This document shows, one piece after another, positions 1 to 10,395 of a stretch of DNA of 64,000 nucleotides (position 1 is its first letter; each line of letters starts with the position of its first letter). The stretch is from positions 26,109 through 90,108 of the forward strand of contig JBBDNB010000043.1 of assembly GCA_040877935.1 (NCBI GenBank), given 5' to 3'. The position numbers and the translations under genes were made by a program. This DNA comes from Chitinophagales bacterium (lineage in GTDB: Bacteria; Bacteroidota; Bacteroidia; Chitinophagales; CAIOSU01). Under the pieces are notes generated by a model that was not told where the DNA came from, did no database searches, and worked only from the letters and a program-made list of their open reading frames with translations.

Positions 1-1008
1 ACCCTTAGCCAGGGCTATGGCTCTGACGAAAGATTTTACCCGAATGTGGTATCAGATGCACAGAATACTACAGTAAGCGGTGCATGGATAGTGCATACAC
101 CTATTCCAAGAAACTCCAACAGAATGTTTACTATAAGAGTGCACGGTTATGGATATGGCAATGGAGATGTAATTGATTTTACTGTTTCTGGTTATGCATA
201 CAGTGGAAGTAATGGAAATATTGATGGAGGCTCAGGTTCAGTAAGAAATATAGAGTTGAGTGATCAGGGCAGTGATAGCTGGGACAAACACATAGGAATA
301 GATGCCAATGGCAATGTTGCTGTTGCTTTTGGAAATACAGGCAGCAGCGCATATTATTATCGCTTGTCGGTAGATGCCTGGATCACACGATCATCAGCAG
401 ATTATTCTACAGGCTGGAGCATTGACAGAAGCACTACAACAAATTTTGGCTGGAAAGACATCCACGGACCACTCACGGCAAACTGGAAACGTACCATTTA
501 TATCAATTCAAGCGAAAATGTGGGGATTGGAGGTGCACCCAATAACAGTTACAAAGTGATGGTGCATGGAAAACTCCGTACTGATGGTATAAACGAAACA
601 TCAGATGCGCGACTCAAAAAGAATGTGAAAAGCATAGAACATGCGCTGGAGAAGGTAATGGCATTGAGAGGCGTAAACTATGAATGGAATGCTGAGCAAT
701 ATCCCACTAAACAGTTTTCTGAAGGTGTTGAGCTGGGGGTTATCGCCCAGGAAGTAGAACAAATTGTACCGGAACTGGTCGATACCGATACAGAGGGTTT
801 TAAGTCTGTGCAATATTCACACCTGGTACCGCTCTTGATAGAGGCTATTAAAGAGCAACAGAAAATCATAGAACAGCAGTCAAATGATATGTGCCTCAGG
901 GATCAAAAGATTGAAAACCTTACAACAAAGCTTGATGAATTGGAAGATTTGAAAACACAAGTTTCGGAATTAAGAGGAATAATTGAGATGTCGGCAAAAA
1001 ATAAGTAA
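1..1008 (+). CDS. tail-fiber-like protein with C-terminal peptidase S74 (endosialidase intramolecular chaperone) domain; 5' end off window
   Basis: Frame 1 is open from nt 1 (the track ORF begins at an internal M, nt 46). The C-terminal SDARLKKNVKSIEHALEKVMALRGVNYEWN...GVIAQEVEQIVPELV...SVQYSHLVPLLIEAIKEQ plus a terminal coiled coil is the S74 chaperone signature of phage tail fibres/spikes. Confidence 0.7.
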   Translation, partial: TLSQGYGSDERFYPNVVSDAQNTTVSGAWIVHTPIPRNSNRMFTIRVHGYGYGNGDVIDFTVSGYAYSGSNGNIDGGSGSVRNIELSDQGSDSWDKHIGIDANGNVAVAFGNTGSSAYYYRLSVDAWITRSSADYSTGWSIDRSTTTNFGWKDIHGPLTANWKRTIYINSSENVGIGGAPNNSYKVMVHGKLRTDGINETSDARLKKNVKSIEHALEKVMALRGVNYEWNAEQYPTKQFSEGVELGVIAQEVEQIVPELVDTDTEGFKSVQYSHLVPLLIEAIKEQQKIIEQQSNDMCLRDQKIENLTTKLDELEDLKTQVSELRGIIEMSAKNK

Positions 1009-1029
1009 TGATTGAAAAGATAATTGGTA

Positions 1030-2823
1030 TCAAAACTCATAAATCATTGGTATAAGCAGGGTAGCCAACAGCCACAAGATCAAGCTTAGACCAATTCCCA
1101 CTTTAAAGAAATCCTTGAACTGATATTGCCCGGCACTGTAAACCATCGTGTTGGTTTGGTAGCCAATAGGTGTTATAAAACTGGCAGATGCTGCAAAGGT
1201 AATGGCCATCAAAAAGGGCATAGGATTGAGCCCCAACTTTTCGGCAGTGATAATAGCTACAGGAGCAAGGAGTGCCGCTGTAGCATTGTTTGAAATCATT
1301 TCAGTAAGAATAATAGTGATCAGGTACAGGCCCGATATAATTGCTACAGGGCCATATTCTCCGAGATGTAATAAAATATTTTCAGCAGTATACAATGCCA
1401 GTCCGCTTTTTTGCATGGCAGTCCCCAGACTCAGTGCTCCGGCAAGCAAGGTAATTACCTTCCAATCAATAGCTTCATAAACATCTTTCATGTTTATCTG
1501 ACGTATGAGTACCAGTGTAGCAACCCCTATTAGTGCCGCAGCTAAAATTGGCAAAATATTAAAAGTCGCAAGCAATACAACAATTAATGCTACACTCAGC
1601 ACAATGCCAAAGCGTTTTTTATCAAAGGAAATTCGACTTTCTTCAGAAAGAATAATAAAAGGACTTTCCTGTTTAGCTTCCTGGTTTTTAAAAAGTTCGA
1701 GCCGGTGTGTTTTGATTTCTGCCAGGATAATATCTCCTGCAGAAATACGCGTATTATTTAATTTTTCGTGTTGTATTTCTGCCCTGTGCCTTATGGCCAA
1801 AGGAACTGCCCTGAACCTTCTTTTAAATTCTACATTTCCCAGTGTTTCTCCTTCCAGAAAGGAATTTGGAGGAATAATCAGTTCTACAAGTGTAGTATCA
1901 TCTTCTGTTAAGTCCGATTCGCTGAAATATACTGCCGGGCCAATGAAAATTTTTAATTGGTTTTTGAGCTGCTTGATTTTTTCATAATTGCAGCGCACTT
2001 TCAGCTTGTCATTTTCCTGCAAAACCATATCCTGCGGTGGAAGCAGAAATTTTTCACCAGCTCTTCTGATCTGGATCACGTCCATATCAAGGTCTTTAAT
2101 GAATTCTACATCCATTATTCTTTGACCAACGAATGGGGCATCCTCTAAAATGGTGAGTTCAATAAGGTAATCCCGCATATTGAACTTCTTTTCCAGGTCA
2201 CTTTCCTGGATGCGGTCAGGCAATAGTCTCTGGCCAATAAAAAGCATGAACAGAATGCCTACCGTGAAAATCACGATTCCAAAAGGAGCTACCTGGAACA
2301 TAGAGAAAGGCTCCAAGCCATGTTGTACAGCTATTCCACTTACAAGCAGGTTGGTAGATGTGCCGATCAATGTGCAGGTTCCACCAAAAATGGAGGCAAA
2401 AGACAGCGGTATAAGTAGTTTAGTGGGATTGTATCCTGAGGATATTGCTGCTTTTATAATTATAGGGATAAAAACAGCTACTACGGGTGTGTTGTTGATA
2501 AATGCTGAAAATATACCCACCGAAACCATCAATACCAAAGAGCCCAGAAAAAAATTCTTTTTGATCAATTTTGCCAGGCGCGGACCTATAGTGGATACCA
2601 AACCGGTTTTTAACATTGCAGCACTTATGGCAAACATTGCAGCTACCGTAACCGTGGCTGGGTTGCTGAATCCTGAAACAGCTTCTTCAACATTCAGAAC
2701 ACCTGTTATTACAAGGGCTACCATTATTAATAATGCTACTAGGTCTATAGTGAGTAGCTCTGAAACAAAAAGTGCCAGCGCAATAACTATAATAACCAAG
2801 ACAATAATAGCATCTATTCCCAT
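1030..2823 (-). CDS. SLC13/DASS-family anion permease with two central TrkA-C (RCK_C) domains
   Basis: 597-aa polytopic membrane protein. Two hydrophobic transporter halves flank two soluble TrkA-C-like segments (LIELTILEDAPFVGQRIMDV..., LVELIIPPNSFLEGETLGNVEF...). Confidence 0.8.
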   Translation of the reverse strand: MGIDAIIVLVIIVIALALFVSELLTIDLVALLIMVALVITGVLNVEEAVSGFSNPATVTVAAMFAISAAMLKTGLVSTIGPRLAKLIKKNFFLGSLVLMVSVGIFSAFINNTPVVAVFIPIIIKAAISSGYNPTKLLIPLSFASIFGGTCTLIGTSTNLLVSGIAVQHGLEPFSMFQVAPFGIVIFTVGILFMLFIGQRLLPDRIQESDLEKKFNMRDYLIELTILEDAPFVGQRIMDVEFIKDLDMDVIQIRRAGEKFLLPPQDMVLQENDKLKVRCNYEKIKQLKNQLKIFIGPAVYFSESDLTEDDTTLVELIIPPNSFLEGETLGNVEFKRRFRAVPLAIRHRAEIQHEKLNNTRISAGDIILAEIKTHRLELFKNQEAKQESPFIILSEESRISFDKKRFGIVLSVALIVVLLATFNILPILAAALIGVATLVLIRQINMKDVYEAIDWKVITLLAGALSLGTAMQKSGLALYTAENILLHLGEYGPVAIISGLYLITIILTEMISNNATAALLAPVAIITAEKLGLNPMPFLMAITFAASASFITPIGYQTNTMVYSAGQYQFKDFFKVGIGLSLILWLLATLLIPMIYEF

Positions 2824-3079
2824 ATGGAAACTTTAACCCCTCTTATATACTTAAAAGCACCTCCACAAAATGAAGGTAGAAAAGAGATACGAATTTCATT
2901 GAATTAAATTCAAAAAAACCAAATCTACAAACTTAAAACTTCATAAAAATAGAAACTCTGCTTTAAAGATGGAGAATTAATTGATTGCTAATTTAACTGC
3001 GTTTTTATTTTCCATAAATATTGATTCACAAAATAAAAACATGCGGTTGCAGTTTTTTATCTTAGAGCAAATTACCAAT

Positions 3080-5062
3080 ATGCGCTTATTTCCGGTTGTA
3101 TTACTGATTTTGATAACTGCACTCAATATTTTCGCTAAGAAGAATGACATTGAGTTGCTTCCCGCTGTATATGATTTTGGGAAAGTCTATAATTGGGAAA
3201 ATCCGCCAGCAGTATTTAAGATCATCAATCACAGCAGTGAAAAACTGCAGTTTTTGCCTACTTTTCCCACCCAAAATTTCCAGGTGAAATTGCCACAAAC
3301 TTCCATTGCCCCTGGAAAAAGTGCTAAAATTGAAGTCTATTACTATACCTCTGAACTGGGCAGTTTTAGTGAAAAGATCAGTATTTATAGCGGCAGCAGC
3401 GAAAAAGCTATTGAATTAAAGATCAAAGGGGAAATCGTTTCTATGTCGGCATCAGCTCATACAGCTTGTCCTACAATTAACAAAGACAAACCTCAGGCCC
3501 AGGATTTTTATCAGGAAGTTTTAGTAATAAATGCAAAAACACGTGAACCTATTGAAAATGCTGAGATAAAATGGTTTTACAACAATCGCGCAGCCCACAA
3601 AAGTACCACAGACAAATCGGGTAAGGTTGTGGAGCAAATTGTGCTCGGAAATTACAGCTTGTTGGCAAGCAGGGAAGGTTTTGAGCCCAATACGGCCAAT
3701 GGTTTGATCAGCAGGAACAGCGGTATCGTTACTATTCCGCTAAAGCCAATAGAAGAAGCTACATTCGCCAGAAATGATTTGGATAATAAGCAATATGAAA
3801 ATCAAGCTGCTGAAGAAGGAATCTATTACCCTAAAACTCAACATACAGTACAGCGTGAAAAAACCATAGAGCCTACAAGGACAAATTTAGAAGAAAGTAA
3901 AACTTCTCAAATTAATCCAAGACAGGATAAAGGGGCTAGACAAAATCAAGTTTCTGAAGAAAACACAACATATAATTCGCCAGTAAAGACGCGAGCTGAT
4001 TATTCCGGAATTGGAACAGAAGAGGTTGAACTGGAGTTTTATAATAATGACAGGGCTGAAAAAAATAACTCAGATACAGGTCAGGATTATCTTGAGCGAA
4101 TAGAAGCCCTGAAAGAAGCTGAACGCGAAGAAGAACAAGCCTGGGAAAGTCCTTTTGATTATTCAGAAAATGAAATAGAAAGAAGCAATCAGCAGGACAC
4201 AACACTTTCAAAAACGGAATCGGCAAGTGAATTGGCTGAAACTGCTCCATTGGAATTCTACAACAGGGAGCGACCACCAACAGACCCCGAGAAAGACATG
4301 GGCTATGCAGCATACCAAGCTTACCTGGAAGAAGTGCACCAATTGGAAGAAAAGCAAAATGCAGGATATGAGAAGCCCGATTTTTTCTCTGAAGAAACTG
4401 AGGCAGCTCCAAGTCAGCGTGCGAAAACAGAACAGCCTCTTGAAAAAGCAGCAGCTGAAGCAGATTTAATCGAAGACCAAAAAACTCCCTTAGACCCCAA
4501 TGTTTATGCTGCAAATAATATTTTGTTTTTGATAGATGTATCTACCTCAATGAAAGGAGCAGAACGCATTGATCTTTTGAAAATGGCCATGAATAATTTG
4601 GTAGAGGTGTTGCGCGAATTTGATTTTCTTACAGTAATGACTTATTCCAGTGAAACCGATATTTTACTTGAACACGGAAAAGTAGAGGACAAGGAAGCAT
4701 TAAAAAACCAGATCAATAGCCTTGAAGCTTCCGGTTGGACATTTGGTTTAAAGGGGCTGAATCACGCTTTTGAAATTGTCAACGATCATTTTATAAGTTC
4801 GGGCAACAACCAGATCATTATTTCCACTGATGGTAAATTCAACAACCCGACTTTTACTGAAAGGGATTTGTACAGTCTTGTGCGCAGTAACAGAGGGGAC
4901 ACTAAAATTTCTGTTTTAGGTTTTGGCGATGATCAGGATGCGCTAAAAACAATGCAGCGACTGGCAAGAGTGGGCAATGGTAACTTTCTTCATATCACCA
5001 ATAAGCGTGAAGCGGGAGATATACTTGTGGAAGAAATTAAAACGCAGTCTCAAAAACAGTAA
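3080..5062 (+). CDS. secreted von Willebrand factor A domain protein
   Basis: The likely start is the in-frame ATG at 3080, which gives signal peptide MRLFPVVLLILITALNIFA (the track ORF starts at 2981). It has an N-terminal DUF1573-like region, a long acidic low-complexity linker and a C-terminal VWA domain with ILFLIDVSTSMKG (MIDAS-like DxSxS). Confidence 0.75.
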   Translation: MRLFPVVLLILITALNIFAKKNDIELLPAVYDFGKVYNWENPPAVFKIINHSSEKLQFLPTFPTQNFQVKLPQTSIAPGKSAKIEVYYYTSELGSFSEKISIYSGSSEKAIELKIKGEIVSMSASAHTACPTINKDKPQAQDFYQEVLVINAKTREPIENAEIKWFYNNRAAHKSTTDKSGKVVEQIVLGNYSLLASREGFEPNTANGLISRNSGIVTIPLKPIEEATFARNDLDNKQYENQAAEEGIYYPKTQHTVQREKTIEPTRTNLEESKTSQINPRQDKGARQNQVSEENTTYNSPVKTRADYSGIGTEEVELEFYNNDRAEKNNSDTGQDYLERIEALKEAEREEEQAWESPFDYSENEIERSNQQDTTLSKTESASELAETAPLEFYNRERPPTDPEKDMGYAAYQAYLEEVHQLEEKQNAGYEKPDFFSEETEAAPSQRAKTEQPLEKAAAEADLIEDQKTPLDPNVYAANNILFLIDVSTSMKGAERIDLLKMAMNNLVEVLREFDFLTVMTYSSETDILLEHGKVEDKEALKNQINSLEASGWTFGLKGLNHAFEIVNDHFISSGNNQIIISTDGKFNNPTFTERDLYSLVRSNRGDTKISVLGFGDDQDALKTMQRLARVGNGNFLHITNKREAGDILVEEIKTQSQKQ

Positions 5063-5152
5063 AATAAATTATTTTTAGCATGATATTTTTGATTTTATTG
5101 TTTAAATATTTATTTTGACACTGAGAGATATTGCTTATTTAGTTTAACTCTA

Positions 5153-7336
5153 ATGAGAGCTATTTTTTTTTCCATAACAATTATGTGCTTTTTACCAATT
5201 TATGGTCAAAAGCAAGGAAATATTTGGTTTTTTGGTGAAGGTGCAGGATTAGATTTTAATGGTTCAGCCCCAACCCCAATATCTGGGGGACAGATTTATG
5301 GGAATCCACAGGGACCTATGGATCACCTGTATAATGAAGGGTGTGCAACTATTTCTGATAGTAGTGGAAATCTTCTTTTTTATTCAAATGGAGAGAAAGT
5401 TTGGAATCGAAACCATCAAATTATGCCTAATGGTGATGGTTTATATGGACATTATTCTGCAACTCACGCTGCTTATATAGTTCCCAAACCATTGTCAGAC
5501 TCTCTATTTTACTTGTTTACATTAGACGGAATGCAGAGAAATTTACAATATGGCTTGAGATATTCTATTATCAATATGTGTTTAGATGGAGGGCTGGGAG
5601 ATGTAATACCTGGAAAAAAGAATATTCCTTTACTTCAACCAGCAAGTGAAAAAATTGTAGCAATATATCACACAAATGGTAAAGATATTTGGATAGTGTC
5701 ACATGAATTTTTTACAGATGCATTTTTCGCTTTTCTTTTAACTGAAACAGGCATTACGGATACTGTTATTTCGAATACAGGTTCAGTGCATATCGGATTG
5801 TTAAATTATTTCAATGGCACAGGAGCTGGAATAGGTCAAATTAAAGCAACCTCAGATGGGAATAAAATTGCTTTAGTTTTTTCCAATGCTCCTTCACCTG
5901 TAGGTGAGCTTTTTGACTTTAATAATGTTACAGGTATAATTTCTAATGCTATAAGTCTAGATGTTGATGGAGCAGTATTTGGTGTTGAGTTTTCACCTGA
6001 TAATTCTAAATTGTACATTACTAGCCTTTTAGGAGGGCTCCATCAATTTGATATTACTGCTGGAGGCGGTACTTCATTTGCAATTAATGCATCAAAAATT
6101 CAGATAGATCAAGCTGGTTGTTCTGAAAGAGGTCTTCAACTTGCTCCTGATGGTAAAATTTATATGAAAAGATGTATTCCAGATAATCATTATTTATCAG
6201 TAGTAAACAATCCTAATGCAACTGGTAATTTATGTGATTATGTGAATAGTGCAATTGATTTTGATACGGTTCAAACAGGAATTCCCCCAACTTTTATTCA
6301 AGGCTACCAATACAATAATGAAACATATGATTGTGATACAGTGTGTGATGAATTTAATAATTCAATTTCACTTGATTTTGAGATTGATTCTGTTACTTGT
6401 AATAATTCTAATAATGGTGTGATAAAATCTGTAGTTGCAAGTAATTACCCTCCATTAGAATACTTTTGGAGTGATGAAAATGATAATGTGTTTAGTCATG
6501 ATTCTATTGTTAGTAATATGGCACCTGGAACTTATTTTTTAAAGGTGGTTGATCAAAATAATTGTGTTATGAGAGATACTATTATTTTGAGTAACCCAAA
6601 TCCATTAAATTTTGATCTTGGACCAGATGATACAATTTGTAATACTTTGTTTCAGAGTATTGATGCTGGAAATTATACCAAATATATTTGGTCAACTGGT
6701 GATACTACAAGAGTAATAAACATTCAATTAAGTGGGAATTACAGCGTTACTGTAACTGATTCAAATGGTTGTTTATCAGTTGATTCTGTTAATATTTTTA
6801 TTAAAAATGATACTGCATCAGTTTATCTTGGAGAAGATACAACTATCAATCAACATGCCAGCATCCAGTTAAATAGTCATATAAATGGTGTTTTAAATTA
6901 TCCAGGTGAATACACTTGGTATCCCTCTCATTTGCTAAACTGTGAAAAATGTCCTGACCCGACAGCAACTTTGTCGGAATCTGGACCAATAATTCTAAAC
7001 TACTCTCGTGATGGTATTTGTTTTAATTCTGACACGCTTTATATAGAAGTTATGAAAGAATATTGTTATTTATATATGCCTAATGGTTTTTCTCCTAATA
7101 ATGATGGGATAAATGATTATTATAAGCCAGTTTATAAGTGTGTAGATAATTGGACTTTCCAAATTTTTGATAGATGGGGTGAGTTGGTTTTTGAAAGTAC
7201 TAAAGTTGGAGAGTATTGGGACGGCTTATACAATAATCAAGAATTAAATCCTGGTGTTTTTGTTTATTTAATAAAAGCAACATTTATAAATGGCAATGTG
7301 GTTACTAAAAGTGGTAGTGTAACAATGCTGAAATAA
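5153..7336 (+). CDS. T9SS type B (gliding-motility-associated) C-terminal domain protein with SprB/Ig-like repeats
   Basis: Signal peptide, then Cys-containing repeats (CNNSNNGVIKSVVAS...PGTYFLKVVDQNNC; GNYSVTVTDSNGC). The C-terminal YMPNGFSPNNDGINDYYKPV...FQIFDRWGELVFES...YWDG matches the CHU_C/type B sorting domain. Confidence 0.85.
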   Translation: MRAIFFSITIMCFLPIYGQKQGNIWFFGEGAGLDFNGSAPTPISGGQIYGNPQGPMDHLYNEGCATISDSSGNLLFYSNGEKVWNRNHQIMPNGDGLYGHYSATHAAYIVPKPLSDSLFYLFTLDGMQRNLQYGLRYSIINMCLDGGLGDVIPGKKNIPLLQPASEKIVAIYHTNGKDIWIVSHEFFTDAFFAFLLTETGITDTVISNTGSVHIGLLNYFNGTGAGIGQIKATSDGNKIALVFSNAPSPVGELFDFNNVTGIISNAISLDVDGAVFGVEFSPDNSKLYITSLLGGLHQFDITAGGGTSFAINASKIQIDQAGCSERGLQLAPDGKIYMKRCIPDNHYLSVVNNPNATGNLCDYVNSAIDFDTVQTGIPPTFIQGYQYNNETYDCDTVCDEFNNSISLDFEIDSVTCNNSNNGVIKSVVASNYPPLEYFWSDENDNVFSHDSIVSNMAPGTYFLKVVDQNNCVMRDTIILSNPNPLNFDLGPDDTICNTLFQSIDAGNYTKYIWSTGDTTRVINIQLSGNYSVTVTDSNGCLSVDSVNIFIKNDTASVYLGEDTTINQHASIQLNSHINGVLNYPGEYTWYPSHLLNCEKCPDPTATLSESGPIILNYSRDGICFNSDTLYIEVMKEYCYLYMPNGFSPNNDGINDYYKPVYKCVDNWTFQIFDRWGELVFESTKVGEYWDGLYNNQELNPGVFVYLIKATFINGNVVTKSGSVTMLK

Positions 7337-7437
7337 AAAAGAGTTTTAAGTAAACATTAACAGCAAAATAATGGTTGTTTAAATATCAAGTTTTTCATGA
7401 TGACAACCCTCTGCTGGATATTTCTGGTGGAGGGTTT

Positions 7438-8367
7438 TTATTTCCATGCTATACGCTTTCTTCTGTGTACTTTTTTCATGCTTTCCGGAATCACAGATTG
7501 TAAAGTATCGATTACTTTTTCCAGCAAAAGATCATTGACAAAGCTTTTGTGTGTAATTACACTCACTTCCCTTACCGGCTGTGGTTCTTTAAATTTTTTG
7601 ATCATTTTTGGATCTTTAGGATGCTGCGGCACACCGAGCTCAGGAATCAAAGTGTAGCCGTAACCTTTGTCAACCATACGGATTAGCGTTTCTATTGAGC
7701 CGCTTTCATACACAAATTTGCTTTTGCGTTTGCTGTCCTGGCTGCAAATATTCAATACCTGGTTTCTAAAACAATGTCCTTCATTGAGAATCAGCAGGTT
7801 TTTATTTTCAATATCAGAAGGCTCTACCATTTCCTGCTTGTAGAAATATTGATTTTGAGCCGTATAGGCTAAGAAAGCTTCGTAAAAAACTGGGTGTTCT
7901 TTGATTTGTCTGTCTTCTACCGGTGTCACCAGTATCGCCATATCCAGTTCGTCATTTTTTAGTTTTTCAATAATCTGATCACTTTGTTCTTCTTCTACTT
8001 TCAAATCCAATTCCGGGAATTCATTGAGAAAAGGTGTCCAGAATAGTGGTAAAATATAGGGGGCCAATGTTGGAATTACAGCAATTCTGAATTTACCGCT
8101 CAATAATTCCTTATCACTTTTAACCATAGTTCTCAATTGCCTGGCTTCGCGCAACACATCCCGGGCTTTTTCCAGAATTTTAGCACCTTCCTTTGTTGGA
8201 ACAAGCGGTGTTCTGTGTCTGTCAAAGATCACTACATTGAGTTCCTCCTCTAATTTTTTGATCTGCATGGTAAGGGTAGGTTGTGTGACAAAACAACTTT
8301 TGGCAGCTTGCACAAAGTGCCGGTGATTGTCAAGTGCTACAATATATTCAAGTTGTACTAAGGTCAT
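7438..8367 (-). CDS. oxyR: LysR-family redox regulator OxyR
   Basis: N-terminal wHTH MTLVQLEYIVALDNHRHFVQAAKSCFVTQPTLTMQIKKLEEEL and the redox cysteine pair in EGHCFRNQVLNIC. Confidence 0.8.
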   Translation of the reverse strand: MTLVQLEYIVALDNHRHFVQAAKSCFVTQPTLTMQIKKLEEELNVVIFDRHRTPLVPTKEGAKILEKARDVLREARQLRTMVKSDKELLSGKFRIAVIPTLAPYILPLFWTPFLNEFPELDLKVEEEQSDQIIEKLKNDELDMAILVTPVEDRQIKEHPVFYEAFLAYTAQNQYFYKQEMVEPSDIENKNLLILNEGHCFRNQVLNICSQDSKRKSKFVYESGSIETLIRMVDKGYGYTLIPELGVPQHPKDPKMIKKFKEPQPVREVSVITHKSFVNDLLLEKVIDTLQSVIPESMKKVHRRKRIAWK

Positions 8368-8370
8368 AAA

Positions 8371-9387
8371 TCAAGTTTTAGGCATTAATGCAGGTCTTTG
8401 GGTAATTTCGTGATAGCAAATTACATCTTTAGCGAAATAGTGTAAAACCATGCTTTTACGGCTTCGCTCGGCATCATTTACTGCACTGCCACCATGGATT
8501 AAATTGGCATGCCAGATCAATACATCTCCTTTTTTTGCGTAAAAAGTTTCTTTTTGCAATTGTTCTTTTTCAATAAGCTTTTCAATAGCCTTTTCATATT
8601 GGTTGTTGGCATTTTCACCAATTAATAAAGCATTGCCCCCATGGTCAAAATCTTTATTGAGCAAATAAGGCAGTTTGTGACTTCCCGGGTAATAAAACAA
8701 AGGCCCATTGTTTTCATCCACATCTTCCAACGCAATCCATGCGGCAATCAAAAAACCCAGAGGAAATGTAGTCATATGAATAGAATCGGAATGCGCTTTT
8801 TGTTGACTCCCTTCCAAAAAATTAATGCTTTGGAACAGATTCAATTCCCTGCCCAACAGCATCGATAAAATACTTTCAAGTTTTTTTCGCCCAATGATTT
8901 CCCTGATTTTTTTGGATTTTCTAATGGCAAACATAATTCTCGGCCTTGAATAATGCCAATCGGCAGCCCCTGCATCAACCAGCTTTTTGATTTCAGCATT
9001 GATTTCATCTACTTCATCAGAACTGAAATAGCCTTTGAGGATGCTGTAGCCTTTTTCAGACCAGGGCAATAGCGCTTGTTGTTGTTCTGCTTCAAGCGAT
9101 TTAAACAATTCCAGTTTTGGAAGTTTTGTTTTAGAAGAACCTTCGTCTAAGAAAGGAGAAAATGGTATTTTGTAGTTTTCAAATAAACTGCTGTCAATAG
9201 AGGTATAAGGGGAATGATTGATTCCCAAAGCATCCAATGCTTTTTTATTTTGTGCCAATTGATCTTTGTGCAGAATATTGTAGATCGTATAAGCGGGCTT
9301 AAATTTTCTTATTGCTTTAAACAATGTGTTTTTTATTTTGATAGATAAAATTAATAAAAAAACAAGCACTTTATAAAGAAACAGCAC
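8371..9387 (-). CDS. phytanoyl-CoA dioxygenase (PhyH) family Fe(II)/2-oxoglutarate oxygenase
   Basis: HSD facial-triad motif (QQKAHSDSIHMTT), WIALEDVDENNGPLFYYPGSHK and a distal H in IWHANLIHGG are typical of PhyH proteins. Confidence 0.7.
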   Translation of the reverse strand: MLFLYKVLVFLLILSIKIKNTLFKAIRKFKPAYTIYNILHKDQLAQNKKALDALGINHSPYTSIDSSLFENYKIPFSPFLDEGSSKTKLPKLELFKSLEAEQQQALLPWSEKGYSILKGYFSSDEVDEINAEIKKLVDAGAADWHYSRPRIMFAIRKSKKIREIIGRKKLESILSMLLGRELNLFQSINFLEGSQQKAHSDSIHMTTFPLGFLIAAWIALEDVDENNGPLFYYPGSHKLPYLLNKDFDHGGNALLIGENANNQYEKAIEKLIEKEQLQKETFYAKKGDVLIWHANLIHGGSAVNDAERSRKSMVLHYFAKDVICYHEITQRPALMPKT

Positions 9388-9456
9388 TATTGCTTTAACA
9401 TAAGTTACCGAATATTATCGCGGCAAATTTTATTTAGGGGTTTCTTTTTATAAACT

Positions 9457-10047
9457 TTGCGCATTATTAACAAATATAGACTACAAGCATTGAAATTAAA
9501 AGGAGATTATATAAAACAATTCATGAAGGACAAACAGGTAGCTTCTGTAGTGCCTTCTTCAAAATATAGTGTCCGGTATTTAAAAGGTAAAATCAATTTT
9601 AAGGATGCTGATGTAATTCTGGAATACGGCCCTGGCAATGGTGTGTTTTCAGAAATGCTATTGTCGAATATGACGCCTTCTGCAAAATTGGTGCTCTTTG
9701 AAACAAACCCTGAATTTGTCAAAGTTTTAAAACTAAAATTTGACAGTGATGATCGGGTAATCGTTGTAAAGGAAAGTGCTTTAAATGTAAATAAAGTTTT
9801 AAAGCGTTTAAAGATTAAGGAAGCAGACTATATAATTACCGGTATTCCTTTTACCTTTTTATCTCCACGACAACGATTGAAATTGGTTCAATCTTCTCAT
9901 TCAGCACTTAAAAAAGGCGGAAAATTTATTTCATACCAGTTTTCTATTACGGTGAACAAATACATCAAGCGGCAGTTTGGCACTATAAAGCTCGGAATAC
10001 AGCCACTGAATATTCCTCCATTGCTTGTTGTAGAAGGAGAGAAGTAG
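9457..10047 (+). CDS. class I SAM-dependent methyltransferase
   Basis: Motif I VILEYGPGNGVFSE. Size and layout resemble the small phospholipid/rRNA-adenine methyltransferase family. The track start is TTG at 9457; an alternative ATG lies at 9523. Confidence 0.65.
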   Translation: MRIINKYRLQALKLKGDYIKQFMKDKQVASVVPSSKYSVRYLKGKINFKDADVILEYGPGNGVFSEMLLSNMTPSAKLVLFETNPEFVKVLKLKFDSDDRVIVVKESALNVNKVLKRLKIKEADYIITGIPFTFLSPRQRLKLVQSSHSALKKGGKFISYQFSITVNKYIKRQFGTIKLGIQPLNIPPLLVVEGEK

Positions 10048-10395
10048 TACTTATTTTTTGAAAATGATATGTGCGACCCCGTTGGGGGTCAGGGTTACGG
10101 ATTAGACACGCGTTTTTGAAATTGAGTGATGCTGATGCAGGAGGTATCATATATTTATGAATTTGCCATCCACTCACTAAACCGACTCCAGAGGAGTCGT
10201 ATGTTTTCAGGTTCTATTCACAAACTTACACCCATGTTTTATTTTTACAATTAATCGTTTGTTTATCGGAAATCTAAACAGTAGTTTAAGATCATTTCTC
10301 AAAAAACTGCAATTTTTTTCCCTGATTTAGCACATTAGTTATAAATTGTTCAGGGATTTATTTACCCCGACATTATTCAGCAAGAAAATATATCT

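Noticed and set aside
1202-2836. Plus-strand ORFs (92-218 aa) opposite the SLC13 permease gene. Similar antisense ORFs lie opposite pyc, gcdH, lolD, res and mod.
   Set aside because: Each is nested in a longer opposite-strand gene with strong family motifs. They are typical shadow frames.
7397-7657. ORF 7397-7657 (+, 86 aa).
   Set aside because: It overlaps the 3' end of oxyR on the other strand and starts inside a terminator-like hairpin (7405-7439).
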